A stretch of 64,000 bases of DNA, from the sequence record NC_028957.1. One strand, written 5' to 3'. Made by a program: the position numbers and the translations under genes. The stretch is from Escherichia phage vB_EcoM_VR26. Below are positions 18,873 to 28,469 of the stretch, piece after piece. Each line of letters begins with the position of its first letter. Position 1 is the first letter of the stretch. Under the pieces are notes generated by a model, which was not told the DNA's origin, did no database searches, and saw only the letters and a list, made by a program, of their open reading frames with translations.

Positions 18873-19166
18873 TTATTCACCTGTAACTTCTTTGACGATG
18901 TTTTCATTTTCAAAGTTAGGGTCACAATACAACACGTAATTATACTGCATAACCCCACCAGATGCCAACTGGTCAGATACTTCTTTGACCTTGTTTGGTT
19001 GGTCACGTTTAGTGATGTTCATGATGTCCGCGTAAATCTGGTGCTCAACTGCTTCCTGGTCAGCGGTCATTGACCACTCGCATAAGTCTTTATCATAACC
19101 AGCAGTAACTGGAGCTGCGTGACACGAAGCGAGGACTAAGATTGCTGCGATAGATAACTTTTTCAT
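18873..19166 (-). CDS. sp: Spackle periplasmic protein
   Basis: 97 aa; signal peptide; GYDKDLCEWSMTADQ and GGVMQYNYVLYCD match recalled T4 Sp. Confidence 0.85.
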   Translation of the reverse strand: MKKLSIAAILVLASCHAAPVTAGYDKDLCEWSMTADQEAVEHQIYADIMNITKRDQPNKVKEVSDQLASGGVMQYNYVLYCDPNFENENIVKEVTGE

Positions 19167-19224
19167 TTGAATCTCCTTAGTAGTTGATAGGGATAATATA
19201 CTGCATTATCCCCTTGTTGTACAC

Positions 19225-19791
19225 TTATTTTTCGTTTAAACGAATTTTTTGTTGATGTTGCTTTGCTGCAATAATATATTTTGCTTTTTCTAATGCCAAT
19301 TGTTTTTCAGTTCCATCCATCACCATAAAGTAAATCTGCCCAGCAACAGTTTGTGGAATTGTGCTTGGTAAATTATCTAAAAAAACTTTTATATTTTTTT
19401 GATGAATTTCATAAGCATTAAAACATTTTTTATAATTTATATAATAAGGGTGTACACCCCAAAATAATATTTTGTTTCCATGTATTGTGTGTTGCTTCAT
19501 TTCAACAGAAACTGGATAATCATTAATTATTATCCGTTTAGATACCAATTTATCAAATGAATATTCCCATTGTTCGGATGTAATTATATTTCCATTTAAT
19601 TTTACAATTTTATCACTTTTTTCAACTATATAATTACCACACACATATTTTGAGTAACCAGGCCTTGAAAATTTTATTGTTTCTTCCGACAATAATTCTG
19701 CTTTTTGCATATAACTATCATATGTACTAATAGAATATGCAGGTTTGGCAAGGCCGCACAATGCAAAAGCAATAATGAATAATTTTTTCAT
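19225..19791 (-). CDS. secreted protein, unknown function
   Basis: 188 aa; N-terminal signal peptide MKKLFIIAFALCGLAKPAYS; markedly AT-rich. Confidence 0.5.
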   Translation of the reverse strand: MKKLFIIAFALCGLAKPAYSISTYDSYMQKAELLSEETIKFSRPGYSKYVCGNYIVEKSDKIVKLNGNIITSEQWEYSFDKLVSKRIIINDYPVSVEMKQHTIHGNKILFWGVHPYYINYKKCFNAYEIHQKNIKVFLDNLPSTIPQTVAGQIYFMVMDGTEKQLALEKAKYIIAAKQHQQKIRLNEK

Positions 19792-20082
19792 TTAGATTTC
19801 CTCACAAAAGGCCCATTCAGCGTGATAAACTGTTGCGCCAGGGGTTGCATTCATTTGAACCAAGTCTACAGGTGAAATCACACGATATAGCTTAGGTTCT
19901 CCTCCAATTGAACGTGCTGCACGTCCAGCATAAATCTTCGCCAAACCAATGTCTTCAGTAAAGAAAACACGATTTAGATTTTTCTTACGACCAGTTTCTG
20001 ACAGGACTCCAGTTTCTTCTGGAGGACAAAGCATGTTATTGATATTTGCCAGGCTGCATGACCCATGATAGAAAGTTTTCAT
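19792..20082 (-). CDS. hypothetical protein
   Basis: 96 aa; TATAAT and TGTACA promoter upstream. Confidence 0.45.
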   Translation of the reverse strand: MKTFYHGSCSLANINNMLCPPEETGVLSETGRKKNLNRVFFTEDIGLAKIYAGRAARSIGGEPKLYRVISPVDLVQMNATPGATVYHAEWAFCEEI

Positions 20083-20108
20083 TTTATTCTCCAGTAGTTG
20101 ATAGGGTC

Positions 20109-20146
20109 ATTATACTATAAAGAAAAAGGGGTGTACACCCCTTTTA
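20109..20146 (-). promoter_or_regulatory. early promoter whose -35 TGTACA lies in terminator palindrome GGGGTGTACACCCC
   Basis: TATAAT 20109-20114; TGTACA 20132-20137; palindrome 20128-20141 followed by U-run. Confidence 0.5.
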
Positions 20147-20150
20147 TCAC

Positions 20151-20453
20151 TTATGCCAACTCATAATTGTGCATTGTCAGACAACGAATTTTTCCAGTAG
20201 TTGGGTGCATAACAGTCACACTAATTGTGCAATCATCACACACGTTAACAAAAGGTTCCGCGATAACAAATACTTCACCGCCTGCCAACAGATACTCACG
20301 AAGGCTTGAGCGAACCGCTGAAGGGTGAACATCGCTTTTGAGCTTTATTAATTTACCGGTTTGAATGCCAGATGCGATAAGAGCAGCACAGGTTTCATCA
20401 CGGCGAGCGAATTGTCCAAAGTAGTAACGATTCATGTCGGTTTGATTAAACAT
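20151..20453 (-). CDS. hypothetical protein
   Basis: 100 aa; AGGAAA SD; promoter cassette upstream. Confidence 0.45.
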   Translation of the reverse strand: MFNQTDMNRYYFGQFARRDETCAALIASGIQTGKLIKLKSDVHPSAVRSSLREYLLAGGEVFVIAEPFVNVCDDCTISVTVMHPTTGKIRCLTMHNYELA

Positions 20454-20504
20454 ATGGTTTTCCTTTTTAGTGGGTTGGTTTATTGTGTAACTCAGTATGG
20501 AATC

Positions 20505-20533
20505 ATTATGCCCTAGTAGAATTCAGTTGTACA
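20505..20533 (-). promoter_or_regulatory. early promoter (TGTACA, 17 nt, CATAAT) with CCATACTGAGTTAC leader
   Basis: Immediately after gene 41 terminator; upstream of 20151..20453. Confidence 0.5.
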
Positions 20534-20540
20534 CCCTTTT

Positions 20541-20569
20541 TAAAATAAAAAAGGACCCGAAGGTCCTTG
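20541..20569 (-). terminator. rho-independent terminator after gene 41
   Basis: aggacc-cgaa-ggtcct directly after gene 41 stop, followed by U-run. Confidence 0.6.
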
Positions 20570-22009
20570 TTAGAATTTCATCTGCGCCGCGAGGTCGTCC
20601 AGGTCGCTCCTGTTGACCCTGGTTTGTCTATTCATTTCAGCCTGACGATTCATCTCACCAGTGGCTTCTTTCACCGTAGGGCCTTGTTTAGGAGCTGAAT
20701 CATCATCAACCTCATACCAGCGCTGATTACCTTTCTTAACACCCATCTTGAATTTATTATAGTAGTTCTTATCGCCATAACGAGACTTAAGCTGTTTGAT
20801 TAACTGCAGTCCCATTTGAGCGAATTCTTCGGTCTCAACAACACCCAACATAAAGTCGGCCGTGTGAGCAATACCAAAGGATTCTGCGATGTCAGCCATG
20901 TCAATCTCAGCTGCAACGTTTGCACCCCTGGTTGTCTGTGCTGCAGTCCACAGGACCACATTTTTCTCGACCGCCAGACCACGAAGTTCTTCTGCAACCA
21001 TCTTAATCAGGCCGTAACTGTTTTCGGTAAACGTTTTCAGTCTTGAGCTTGCACAGATTGCCAGGTAGTCAACAATAATCACATCCGGCACAAATCCTTG
21101 CTTCAGTTTGTACTCGTTCAGTAATGCACGGAACGTATCCGCATGAGCACCACCAGTTGGATATTGTTTTATCTTCAGAGTTCCAAGAGTCCCGGAAGCG
21201 CGCCATTTTTCCATCTTACTTTTGTATTCTGCCCATGATATATGACCTTCATCAATATCATCCAGAGATACATCCAGCAAGTTGGCATCAATACGTTTGG
21301 CACATACTTCTTCAGCCATTTCCATGCTTATATAAAGAACGTTATGACCAGTCTGAAGATAGTCAGCCGCTAACGAACAAAGTCCCAGAGATTTGCCGAC
21401 GTTTGTTCCGGCCAGTAAAACGTTCTCTGTTCCATACTCAACTCCACCCTTCGTGATTTTATTCAGGATGTTAATACGGAACGGAACTTTCTTCGATTTG
21501 TTTAGATAAGTCTGGAATCGAGCTTCGTAATCGTTTAACCAGTCATGACCCAGAGCAGAGTCAAAACAAATAGACAATGCATCGCGCATGATGTCAGGAA
21601 TAGCACCAATATCCGGGATTCGTTTATCACGTTTATCTTTCGGAAGTTCGGCATTACTCTGAATTTCGATAATCCTGGATGTTGCATTGAACATCGCAGA
21701 CTTCTGCACATACTTCTCGGTTTCTTTGACCAGCCATTCCTGGTCTTCTGGAGTATCAACCAGGACTCCTAAGAGTTTCTTTGTACCTTCGTATTCAACT
21801 TCAGAAAGGTCAGAACCGTCGAGTGCGATATCAAGTGCAGTCTTAGTTGGAACTGCTTGATATTCTTTTACATGTTCATTAATCGTATTAAAAAGGGTCT
21901 TCGCAGGACCCTTTTCAAAATATGTGTTATTCAGATATGGCCAGACTTTAACAAAATATTCCTTGTTAAAGAGTAGCTGGGATAAAATAGTTTCTACCAC
22001 TTCCACCAC
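20570..22009 (-). CDS. 41: replicative DNA helicase (DnaB-like)
   Basis: 479 aa; Walker A AGTNVGKS; N-terminus MVEVVETILSQLLF resembles recalled T4 gp41. Confidence 0.9.
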   Translation of the reverse strand: MVEVVETILSQLLFNKEYFVKVWPYLNNTYFEKGPAKTLFNTINEHVKEYQAVPTKTALDIALDGSDLSEVEYEGTKKLLGVLVDTPEDQEWLVKETEKYVQKSAMFNATSRIIEIQSNAELPKDKRDKRIPDIGAIPDIMRDALSICFDSALGHDWLNDYEARFQTYLNKSKKVPFRINILNKITKGGVEYGTENVLLAGTNVGKSLGLCSLAADYLQTGHNVLYISMEMAEEVCAKRIDANLLDVSLDDIDEGHISWAEYKSKMEKWRASGTLGTLKIKQYPTGGAHADTFRALLNEYKLKQGFVPDVIIVDYLAICASSRLKTFTENSYGLIKMVAEELRGLAVEKNVVLWTAAQTTRGANVAAEIDMADIAESFGIAHTADFMLGVVETEEFAQMGLQLIKQLKSRYGDKNYYNKFKMGVKKGNQRWYEVDDDSAPKQGPTVKEATGEMNRQAEMNRQTRVNRSDLDDLAAQMKF

Positions 22010-22338
22010 CTCTTTTTCATTTTAATCTTATCAATTTCATCTTGTATTTGCATTGTAACACACTTTTCTACATGCACTGCAAGCTCCGCTTTGCGGTCTT
22101 CAGAAGGGGTGCCGAAATCAACTGAAACTTTTCCAGATGGTTCAATTTTAATTCCGGTTACGTACACAATGTGACTGGACCCATCGGGAAGTGATAACAG
22201 AATTTCCTGTCGTACAGTTCCCATGGATTGCCGGATAATCTCCAAACTTTTTTCGTAGTAAGGTACAGAAGGAGCCTTAGCTCCCTCCGCATCTTTCTCG
22301 AAATTATCTAAATCAGATAAATCGATATCACTCATCAA
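21994..22338 (-). CDS. gp40-like protein (by position between uvsX and 41)
   Basis: 114-aa ORF in T4 gene-40 position. Confidence 0.5.
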   Translation of the reverse strand: MMSDIDLSDLDNFEKDAEGAKAPSVPYYEKSLEIIRQSMGTVRQEILLSLPDGSSHIVYVTGIKIEPSGKVSVDFGTPSEDRKAELAVHVEKCVTMQIQDEIDKIKMKKRWWKW

Positions 22339-23506
22339 GGTCTTCCATCATATCTAAATCGTTTTCGATGTCTGCCGCAGATGGTTTTGATTTGCCTTCT
22401 GGTGCAGAATATTTTTCAACTTTCGAACTAATAAGCTCATCAACTTCGGCATCAACAACAGCATTGCTATCGATTGCACCCAGCTGGTAATGGCGTTTGA
22501 TTGCATCACGGAAAGGTTCGTGCTTGAACAGTGGGCCCCAGAATTCGGTGCAGTTAGTATCTTTTGCGCGCCATGATTTTTCTTCGCGGACCATTTCACC
22601 GGTCTCAACATCAAGATATTCACGGTTATACCAACCAACTTTCGGCTTCACCACAAATCCGATTTCCATTGCCATATCAAGCAGGCCGGAATACGGGTCA
22701 ATACCACCATCGAATTTTACATCAATGAAGAATTTACTTTTCTCTTTGACCATGCGAGATTTTTCGGCGTTCAGTACAAATTGGAAACCTTCAAGCTCTT
22801 TACCGGTTTCTTTAATCTGGCGTTTACCGATAATGAATACGGTGTCCGCAGAATACATAACACCAGTACCACCGGTCATAACTGTTTTGCTGTACATCTC
22901 AATCGTCTCGATTGTATGGTTAACCGCGACACAAGGAATATCCTTGATACTAAAGAACGGGGTTACAATACGGAACAGAGATTTCAGGGATTTAGCGCGA
23001 GTCATATCGCCGACGACTTTTTCGTTCAATGCATCTTCTGTTTCTTTTTTCGATGCCATGTTACCGATTGAGTCAATAAAGATAATGACTTTTTCGCCAC
23101 GCTCAATTGCTTCAAGCTGGTTAACCATATCAACTTTCAATTGTTCAACCGACTGGATTGGTGTGTGGATAACACGTTCCGGGTCTACTTTCATTGCACG
23201 AAGATATGCTTCTGTGATACCAAATTCTGAATCATAGAACAAACAGATTGCTTCGGGGTATTTGTTCATATATGCAGAGACCATCGTTAAACCCATATTG
23301 GATTTAAAGTGTTTTGACGGACCAGCAAAAATAGTCAAACCTGACTGCATACCACCATCTAGTGCACCGCTGATTGCAATGTTCAGCATCGGGATTTTTG
23401 TACGAACTACATCTTTATCATTAAAGAACTTGGACTTGGTAAGAGTCGCGGTCATTTTGGATGTAGAAGCTTTAATCAAACGGGATTTCAAATCTGCAAT
23501 AGACAT
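22328..23506 (-). CDS. uvsX: UvsX recombinase (RecA-like)
   Basis: 392 aa; long conserved stretches match recalled T4 UvsX (FAGPSKHFKS, YDSEFGIT). Confidence 0.9.
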   Translation of the reverse strand: MSIADLKSRLIKASTSKMTATLTKSKFFNDKDVVRTKIPMLNIAISGALDGGMQSGLTIFAGPSKHFKSNMGLTMVSAYMNKYPEAICLFYDSEFGITEAYLRAMKVDPERVIHTPIQSVEQLKVDMVNQLEAIERGEKVIIFIDSIGNMASKKETEDALNEKVVGDMTRAKSLKSLFRIVTPFFSIKDIPCVAVNHTIETIEMYSKTVMTGGTGVMYSADTVFIIGKRQIKETGKELEGFQFVLNAEKSRMVKEKSKFFIDVKFDGGIDPYSGLLDMAMEIGFVVKPKVGWYNREYLDVETGEMVREEKSWRAKDTNCTEFWGPLFKHEPFRDAIKRHYQLGAIDSNAVVDAEVDELISSKVEKYSAPEGKSKPSAADIENDLDMMEDLDE

Positions 23507-23747
23507 TCATTTTTTCCATAGGCACCATTATATTTTTCTCACAGGTTTAAGATAGGATAATTATATCACTGTATTTTTAGAGCAATTAACGATTGAATCC
23601 ACGATTAATTGCACGTTCAACAATCTTCCGGGTCTGACGTTTGTCCCACCAGTACATAAAGCCAATACCAAATGCAGACAACAGCCATAGACTAATCAAT
23701 AGCATACCAATCATAATATTTTTCTCTCGGTTGTTTAGAAATTAATG

Positions 23748-24251
23748 TTAGTTAATACCTTGACGAGCTTTCTCTTTAGCTACACATTTATTAATATAGC
23801 TCAGACGGTTTTGAGCAGAACGCTGATACATATCGCGATACTCATTAGCCTTAGGAGAACCTGTCTCTGCTGCCTGATAAGCTTCCGCACGCATGATGTT
23901 TATCTGCATATTGATGTATGACATGCAAACCTGTGAAATCTGGTTAACAGTATCCAGGTCATTTTGTCGCTTGGTTTCTGCTTCCAGTTTGGCAATGATT
24001 TCGTCATGCTTCGCAGCTTGTTCGCGTTTGTACTCAATTTCACGTTGAGCATATTTTGCGCAATTGTTTCCACATTGATTATTGGCGCGTTTGTAGATAA
24101 GTCCAGTGCCACCTTTGAAATCAAAGGAACCATTATGCACCTGACGGTCTGCAGCAATTCGCGCTTTACCAATCTCACTGGCATTAACTACATCACCCTG
24201 GTAAGCACAACCAGATAGCAGCATAACAGCTGCGATAGCTAACTTTTTCAT
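23748..24251 (-). CDS. lipoprotein, unknown function
   Basis: ATG at 24249-24251 (MKKLAIAAVMLLSGC) with AGGAAA SD; lipobox LSGC; occupies T4 beta-gt/42 locus. Confidence 0.5.
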   Translation of the reverse strand: MKKLAIAAVMLLSGCAYQGDVVNASEIGKARIAADRQVHNGSFDFKGGTGLIYKRANNQCGNNCAKYAQREIEYKREQAAKHDEIIAKLEAETKRQNDLDTVNQISQVCMSYINMQINIMRAEAYQAAETGSPKANEYRDMYQRSAQNRLSYINKCVAKEKARQGIN

Positions 24252-24399
24252 TTTATTTCCTAATTGAAACATTCATAACGGGCTTGGAGCCCCAAAAATA
24301 CCCAACCCAAAATTAAAGTTGGAATCATATGCGGAGTCATTATTGCCCAATAGATTGACATACAAAAAAATGCAATCAGTACAATAATTGTAATTATCT

Positions 24400-24642
24400 T
24401 CATTTGGTTTCCTTGATGATAATTACTTGTGCGTTTGATTTACGTTCAGCAACGAGTGCCCAGATAAATGCAATAAACCATCCAACCATTGTCCAACCTA
24501 ACAGAAGGTTAACAAAGAAGATTCCGCAATTACTTTTGGTACCACGCAGTAGCGCGATAATCCACGGCAGAAAATATGCCAATGCGGCCAAGAATAAAGA
24601 ACCAGCGCCAAGAACAAAAGTACCCGCAATTATTGTTTCCAT
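24400..24642 (-). CDS. Imm-like small membrane protein
   Basis: 80 aa, two hydrophobic segments; directly upstream of gene 43 as T4 imm. Confidence 0.55.
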   Translation of the reverse strand: METIIAGTFVLGAGSLFLAALAYFLPWIIALLRGTKSNCGIFFVNLLLGWTMVGWFIAFIWALVAERKSNAQVIIIKETK

Positions 24643-24719
24643 TTTAATATCCTCAAGTTTGTCTAGTCATCAGTAGTTGATGAAAGAATAATACGGCAAT
24701 CCATTGCCGTTGTAAACAC

Positions 24720-27434
24720 TTAAAAGTCAAACATATCAAAAAGAGTTGCTTTCTTTTCGTAATCAACCTTAGCAGCTTCAGAGAAACCTGTCAATGGCTT
24801 AACAAAAGTCTTCTGGAACAGTGTGTTGTAGTCCATCCATTGCAAGACCTGGTCGCGGATTTCAATCGGGAGTTCAATCCCTGATGGCCATGCAATCACA
24901 GTTTCACCAAACGGGTTACCGACTTTAAGAGGAAGCACATACACTTTTTCCCCTTCCATGATTTGCGGAACAGTCTTCAGACCTTTAGTTGCACGCATAT
25001 AAGCGAGCACACCTTTGATATGAGCCGGGCACTTAAATCCAGGGAAACCACCTTCGTTATATTTCTGGATGTTGTTAACCGATGATACACCCGCGATGGT
25101 CATGTAGTTAAGCTCATTAAATTCCTTGTTGAATTCCTTGAAGTATGTCTGCAGAGATTCTTCGCCTTCTTGCAACATACGACGGATACATTCTTTCAGG
25201 GCTTTCTGACATGCCTTTGGAGTACTCGACTTTTGAGTTTCCAGACCCATGATTTTTAGTTTCGGAACAGCATATCGTGTGCCTTCCATATCATACACAT
25301 TCAGGGCATAACGCTTCTTCGCTGTCCAGAAACCACCAACACCCTTAGAACCCAGCGGAGGACATGCAATAGCTTCACGGTCCATAAACATAAGGTGCTG
25401 TTTGTTGTTCATGTATTCAGCCAGTTCACGGAAAGCTTTATCGATTGCCGGTTCCAGACGGTCTTTTGCAAACTTGTCCATGAAGTCAACCAGGTGGTTT
25501 GTATCACGGAATTTAGATTCGCCACCAACCTTTTTAATCAGGTTATCGCACTGGATATAAATGGAGTCAGTATCACCATAGAATACGTAAGTCCCACCAC
25601 TTGTACCACAAACACCATCAAAGTATTCGTTAACTTTACGTTCAATCCACTGCAATGCTAACTGTCCGAAAGATGTAATCGCAGTTGCATTTCGCAGGTC
25701 AAAGTAACGGAACCAGATATTGCCCAGAGCACCATAACAGCTATTGATAAGCAGTTTACGGTTAATCTGTGCGGTCATACCAGCAACTTCTTCCATCTGT
25801 GCTTTATACAGCATACCGTTCAGGACGGTTTGATTCAGACCATGTAAGGTTGTTTTCATATTGTCATCAAAGTCATGACGATAATCAACTTCTGGTTCGG
25901 TTGTGCCGGTTCCTGGATTACTCAGAGCTTCCTTAATCAGTTCACCATTACGTTGGGCAGCAAGCATATAACCTTTGTGTTCTTTTCGTTGATTAAAAAC
26001 TTTCTCAACTTCTGTCGGAATAATACCCGCAACATCTTTAAAATACATCATACCATTTGGCGCACAACTAAATGCATCAGATGGACGGTCAGCAGTTCCT
26101 GCGATGTATTCGTGCATCTGGGCTGGTGCAAATGACCCGGCAATCGTTTCTGGACTGATGTTAATCTGTCGGATGATGCTCGGATACAGAGATGTTAAGT
26201 CACAGCTCATTACATATTTGTATGCGTTCGGAATCGGTTCCTTAACAAATGCACCAGGGAACGATTGACGAACATGTGATTTGGTTTCCGGGATAACCTT
26301 GTTTTGAGTCTTCAGACTGTTAAAGATAATCGCATCCCAAGTTTTGATTGGGCTGAATACAGACTGAATCTGCATCTTTGCATAATAACCCATCGATTGG
26401 CTCAGGTTAATGAACTGTCGCTTACGGTCAATCTGTACAACACGATAAACGTCAATGATGTTATAGCTGATGTAACGTTGGTGATTGGATTCACGCAGTT
26501 TAGAAATCGGGCCATCATACGGGAGTTTACCAACACCCAGCTCAGATTCCGCAACATAGTCCAACGAGTAAGATGGTTGGTTTGTGAAGCTGAACTTTTT
26601 GTACAGGTCCAGATAATCCAGAACAGAGATACCCAGAATCTGAATGATTTCTTGTTCTTCACCAAAGCCGTTGTTAATGACCTTAACTTTTGTACGACGA
26701 TGTGGGCTCAGACGTTTTGCTGTAGCTTCACCAAATACATTTTTAAGGCGGTTGTAGATATATGGAATATCAAATTTCTCGATGTTCCAACCAGTTAACA
26801 TAACCGGAGTTTTCTCGTTCCAGAATACCAAATACTGCTGGAGCATTTCTTCTTCTGAATCGAAAGCCATATAAACAATTTTTTCCAGGATTTCACTCGG
26901 GACTTCATCACCACCATCTTCCTGCAGCTTAGCAGCAATATCAATAGACCATTGCTCCACAGTAGCGTATGGTGAGCCCAAAAGGTCAAAGACATAGAAT
27001 TTATCGTCTACCGAATCATAGTGCGTCAGGGCATCAATAGGGTGACGTGCTTCAGACGGCTCAGGGAACCCATCAGGAGATGTCACCTCGATATCGAAGT
27101 TAGCCACACGGATTTTACTTGAATCGTATTTGATTTCATGTGGGTAACGGTCGCTCAGGTATGCGAGTTTGAAATCGTCCATACCCATAGCTTCGAGGCC
27201 CATATCGTTCATGCGCTTCATCCATTGCGAAGCATCACGCATGGAATCAAACTCTTTTTTCACACAGCCTTTATTATAGATGTCTGAATATTTTGTTGCT
27301 TGGCCTTCACGAGCGTGCATAAAGAGACAAGGAGTATATGGAATTTCACGGGTTCGCTCATTACCATTCTTGTCAATATAACGTTCGTGAAGATTATCGC
27401 CGATTTGTTCGATAGTTAAATAAAATTCTTGCAT
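24720..27434 (-). CDS. 43: DNA polymerase (family B)
   Basis: 904 aa; collinear with recalled T4 gp43 (FDIE exo motif, YGDTDS polymerase motif). Confidence 0.92.
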   Translation of the reverse strand: MQEFYLTIEQIGDNLHERYIDKNGNERTREIPYTPCLFMHAREGQATKYSDIYNKGCVKKEFDSMRDASQWMKRMNDMGLEAMGMDDFKLAYLSDRYPHEIKYDSSKIRVANFDIEVTSPDGFPEPSEARHPIDALTHYDSVDDKFYVFDLLGSPYATVEQWSIDIAAKLQEDGGDEVPSEILEKIVYMAFDSEEEMLQQYLVFWNEKTPVMLTGWNIEKFDIPYIYNRLKNVFGEATAKRLSPHRRTKVKVINNGFGEEQEIIQILGISVLDYLDLYKKFSFTNQPSYSLDYVAESELGVGKLPYDGPISKLRESNHQRYISYNIIDVYRVVQIDRKRQFINLSQSMGYYAKMQIQSVFSPIKTWDAIIFNSLKTQNKVIPETKSHVRQSFPGAFVKEPIPNAYKYVMSCDLTSLYPSIIRQINISPETIAGSFAPAQMHEYIAGTADRPSDAFSCAPNGMMYFKDVAGIIPTEVEKVFNQRKEHKGYMLAAQRNGELIKEALSNPGTGTTEPEVDYRHDFDDNMKTTLHGLNQTVLNGMLYKAQMEEVAGMTAQINRKLLINSCYGALGNIWFRYFDLRNATAITSFGQLALQWIERKVNEYFDGVCGTSGGTYVFYGDTDSIYIQCDNLIKKVGGESKFRDTNHLVDFMDKFAKDRLEPAIDKAFRELAEYMNNKQHLMFMDREAIACPPLGSKGVGGFWTAKKRYALNVYDMEGTRYAVPKLKIMGLETQKSSTPKACQKALKECIRRMLQEGEESLQTYFKEFNKEFNELNYMTIAGVSSVNNIQKYNEGGFPGFKCPAHIKGVLAYMRATKGLKTVPQIMEGEKVYVLPLKVGNPFGETVIAWPSGIELPIEIRDQVLQWMDYNTLFQKTFVKPLTGFSEAAKVDYEKKATLFDMFDF

Positions 27435-27487
27435 TTGGTTTCCTTTATAGTCGAGTGATTGACTTTTGTTTGTATGGCTATTATACT

Positions 27488-27510
27488 ACAAAAGGGACCG
27501 AAGTCCCTTA
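27488..27510 (-). terminator. hairpin between regA and gene 43 (terminator or translational operator)
   Basis: aagggac-cgaa-gtccctt; weak U-tract; about 55 nt upstream of gene 43 ATG. Confidence 0.4.
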
Positions 27511-27520
27511 ACGCTTTAAA

Positions 27521-27889
27521 TCAATTACCAATTGTGTATTTGGCTACGAGTTTCCAATCATCTTTTTGTTTGAAGGAGATAACACGGAAGTTGTTTGTTA
27601 CTGCGAACAATTCATTATGCTCTTCTTCTTTGATAGCGATTAAGCCCCAGTCTTCGAGCAGTTGGGCGATGGAATCACGGCGCTGATAATCTTCGCCATC
27701 AATATCCACCTGGCGACCATCCATGCGCAGCATTTCTTTGAAGTGAACAATATAGTAACGACCTTGCTTCTGGAGGATGTGGCAGCTCTGGTACAGCACA
27801 CGGTCTTTATTATTCGCGATGCCCATACGGGTCAGAGTTTCTTTAACTTTCAGGAAGTCTTCAGGTTGCTTTAATGTAATTTCAATCAT
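27521..27889 (-). CDS. regA: translational repressor RegA
   Basis: 122 aa, near-identical to recalled T4 RegA. Confidence 0.9.
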   Translation of the reverse strand: MIEITLKQPEDFLKVKETLTRMGIANNKDRVLYQSCHILQKQGRYYIVHFKEMLRMDGRQVDIDGEDYQRRDSIAQLLEDWGLIAIKEEEHNELFAVTNNFRVISFKQKDDWKLVAKYTIGN

Positions 27890-27890
27890 T

Positions 27891-28469
27891 TTACCATTCC
27901 AATATTTGTTTTTTAATTTCTTTTTGTTCTTTCACATTACTGGTAACGGTCTTTAAGAATTCATCCGTTACCAGACCTTTTGTCTTTTTCAAAACATCTT
28001 TAAGACTGCCTTTAACTTTCAATGTTTCCATATACATCAAAGCATCATCTGCATTAATTGTATAATATTTCATTAGAAGCTTAATCACTAGCTGGACGTT
28101 GACCGCATCGGGTTCAGCCTTTGCCCATTTGCCATATCGCTTACCTTGCGGGACCGCGTGCAACAGATAATTATAATGCTGCTGGTCTGTTAACCCGGCA
28201 CCGATTAAGTTCATCACATTGACCTGCATAATACAATCAACATGTTGGCTCAGAGCATTGTCCAACCAAAATTTATTATAGTTTTCCGATTGAATCAAGC
28301 ACCGAGGCTTTTTACTCACGGTGACATCATTAAGAATTGCAAACAATTCATTTTCGGCTTTCTCTTTGTATGAATCGGACAATTCCTGAATTTTGTTAAA
28401 GTCGCGTGATTTCCACGCAACCTCATGTTCGTTTAATTGAACGTCATCATCAAAGAGACTTACAGCCAT
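27891..28469 (-). CDS. 62: clamp loader small subunit
   Basis: 192 aa; similar to recalled T4 gp62; overlaps gene 44 by 10 nt. Confidence 0.85.
   Translation of the reverse strand: MAVSLFDDDVQLNEHEVAWKSRDFNKIQELSDSYKEKAENELFAILNDVTVSKKPRCLIQSENYNKFWLDNALSQHVDCIMQVNVMNLIGAGLTDQQHYNYLLHAVPQGKRYGKWAKAEPDAVNVQLVIKLLMKYYTINADDALMYMETLKVKGSLKDVLKKTKGLVTDEFLKTVTSNVKEQKEIKKQILEW

Noticed and set aside
22497-23237. Long plus-strand ORFs lying antisense to core genes (e.g. 22497..23237 within uvsX, 3532..3978 and 4264..4686 within gene 39, 26304..26798 within gene 43, 62734..63186 across the small-gene array)
   Set aside because: They lie entirely inside well-supported minus-strand genes, lack SD sequences and have low-complexity composition; treated as shadow ORFs.
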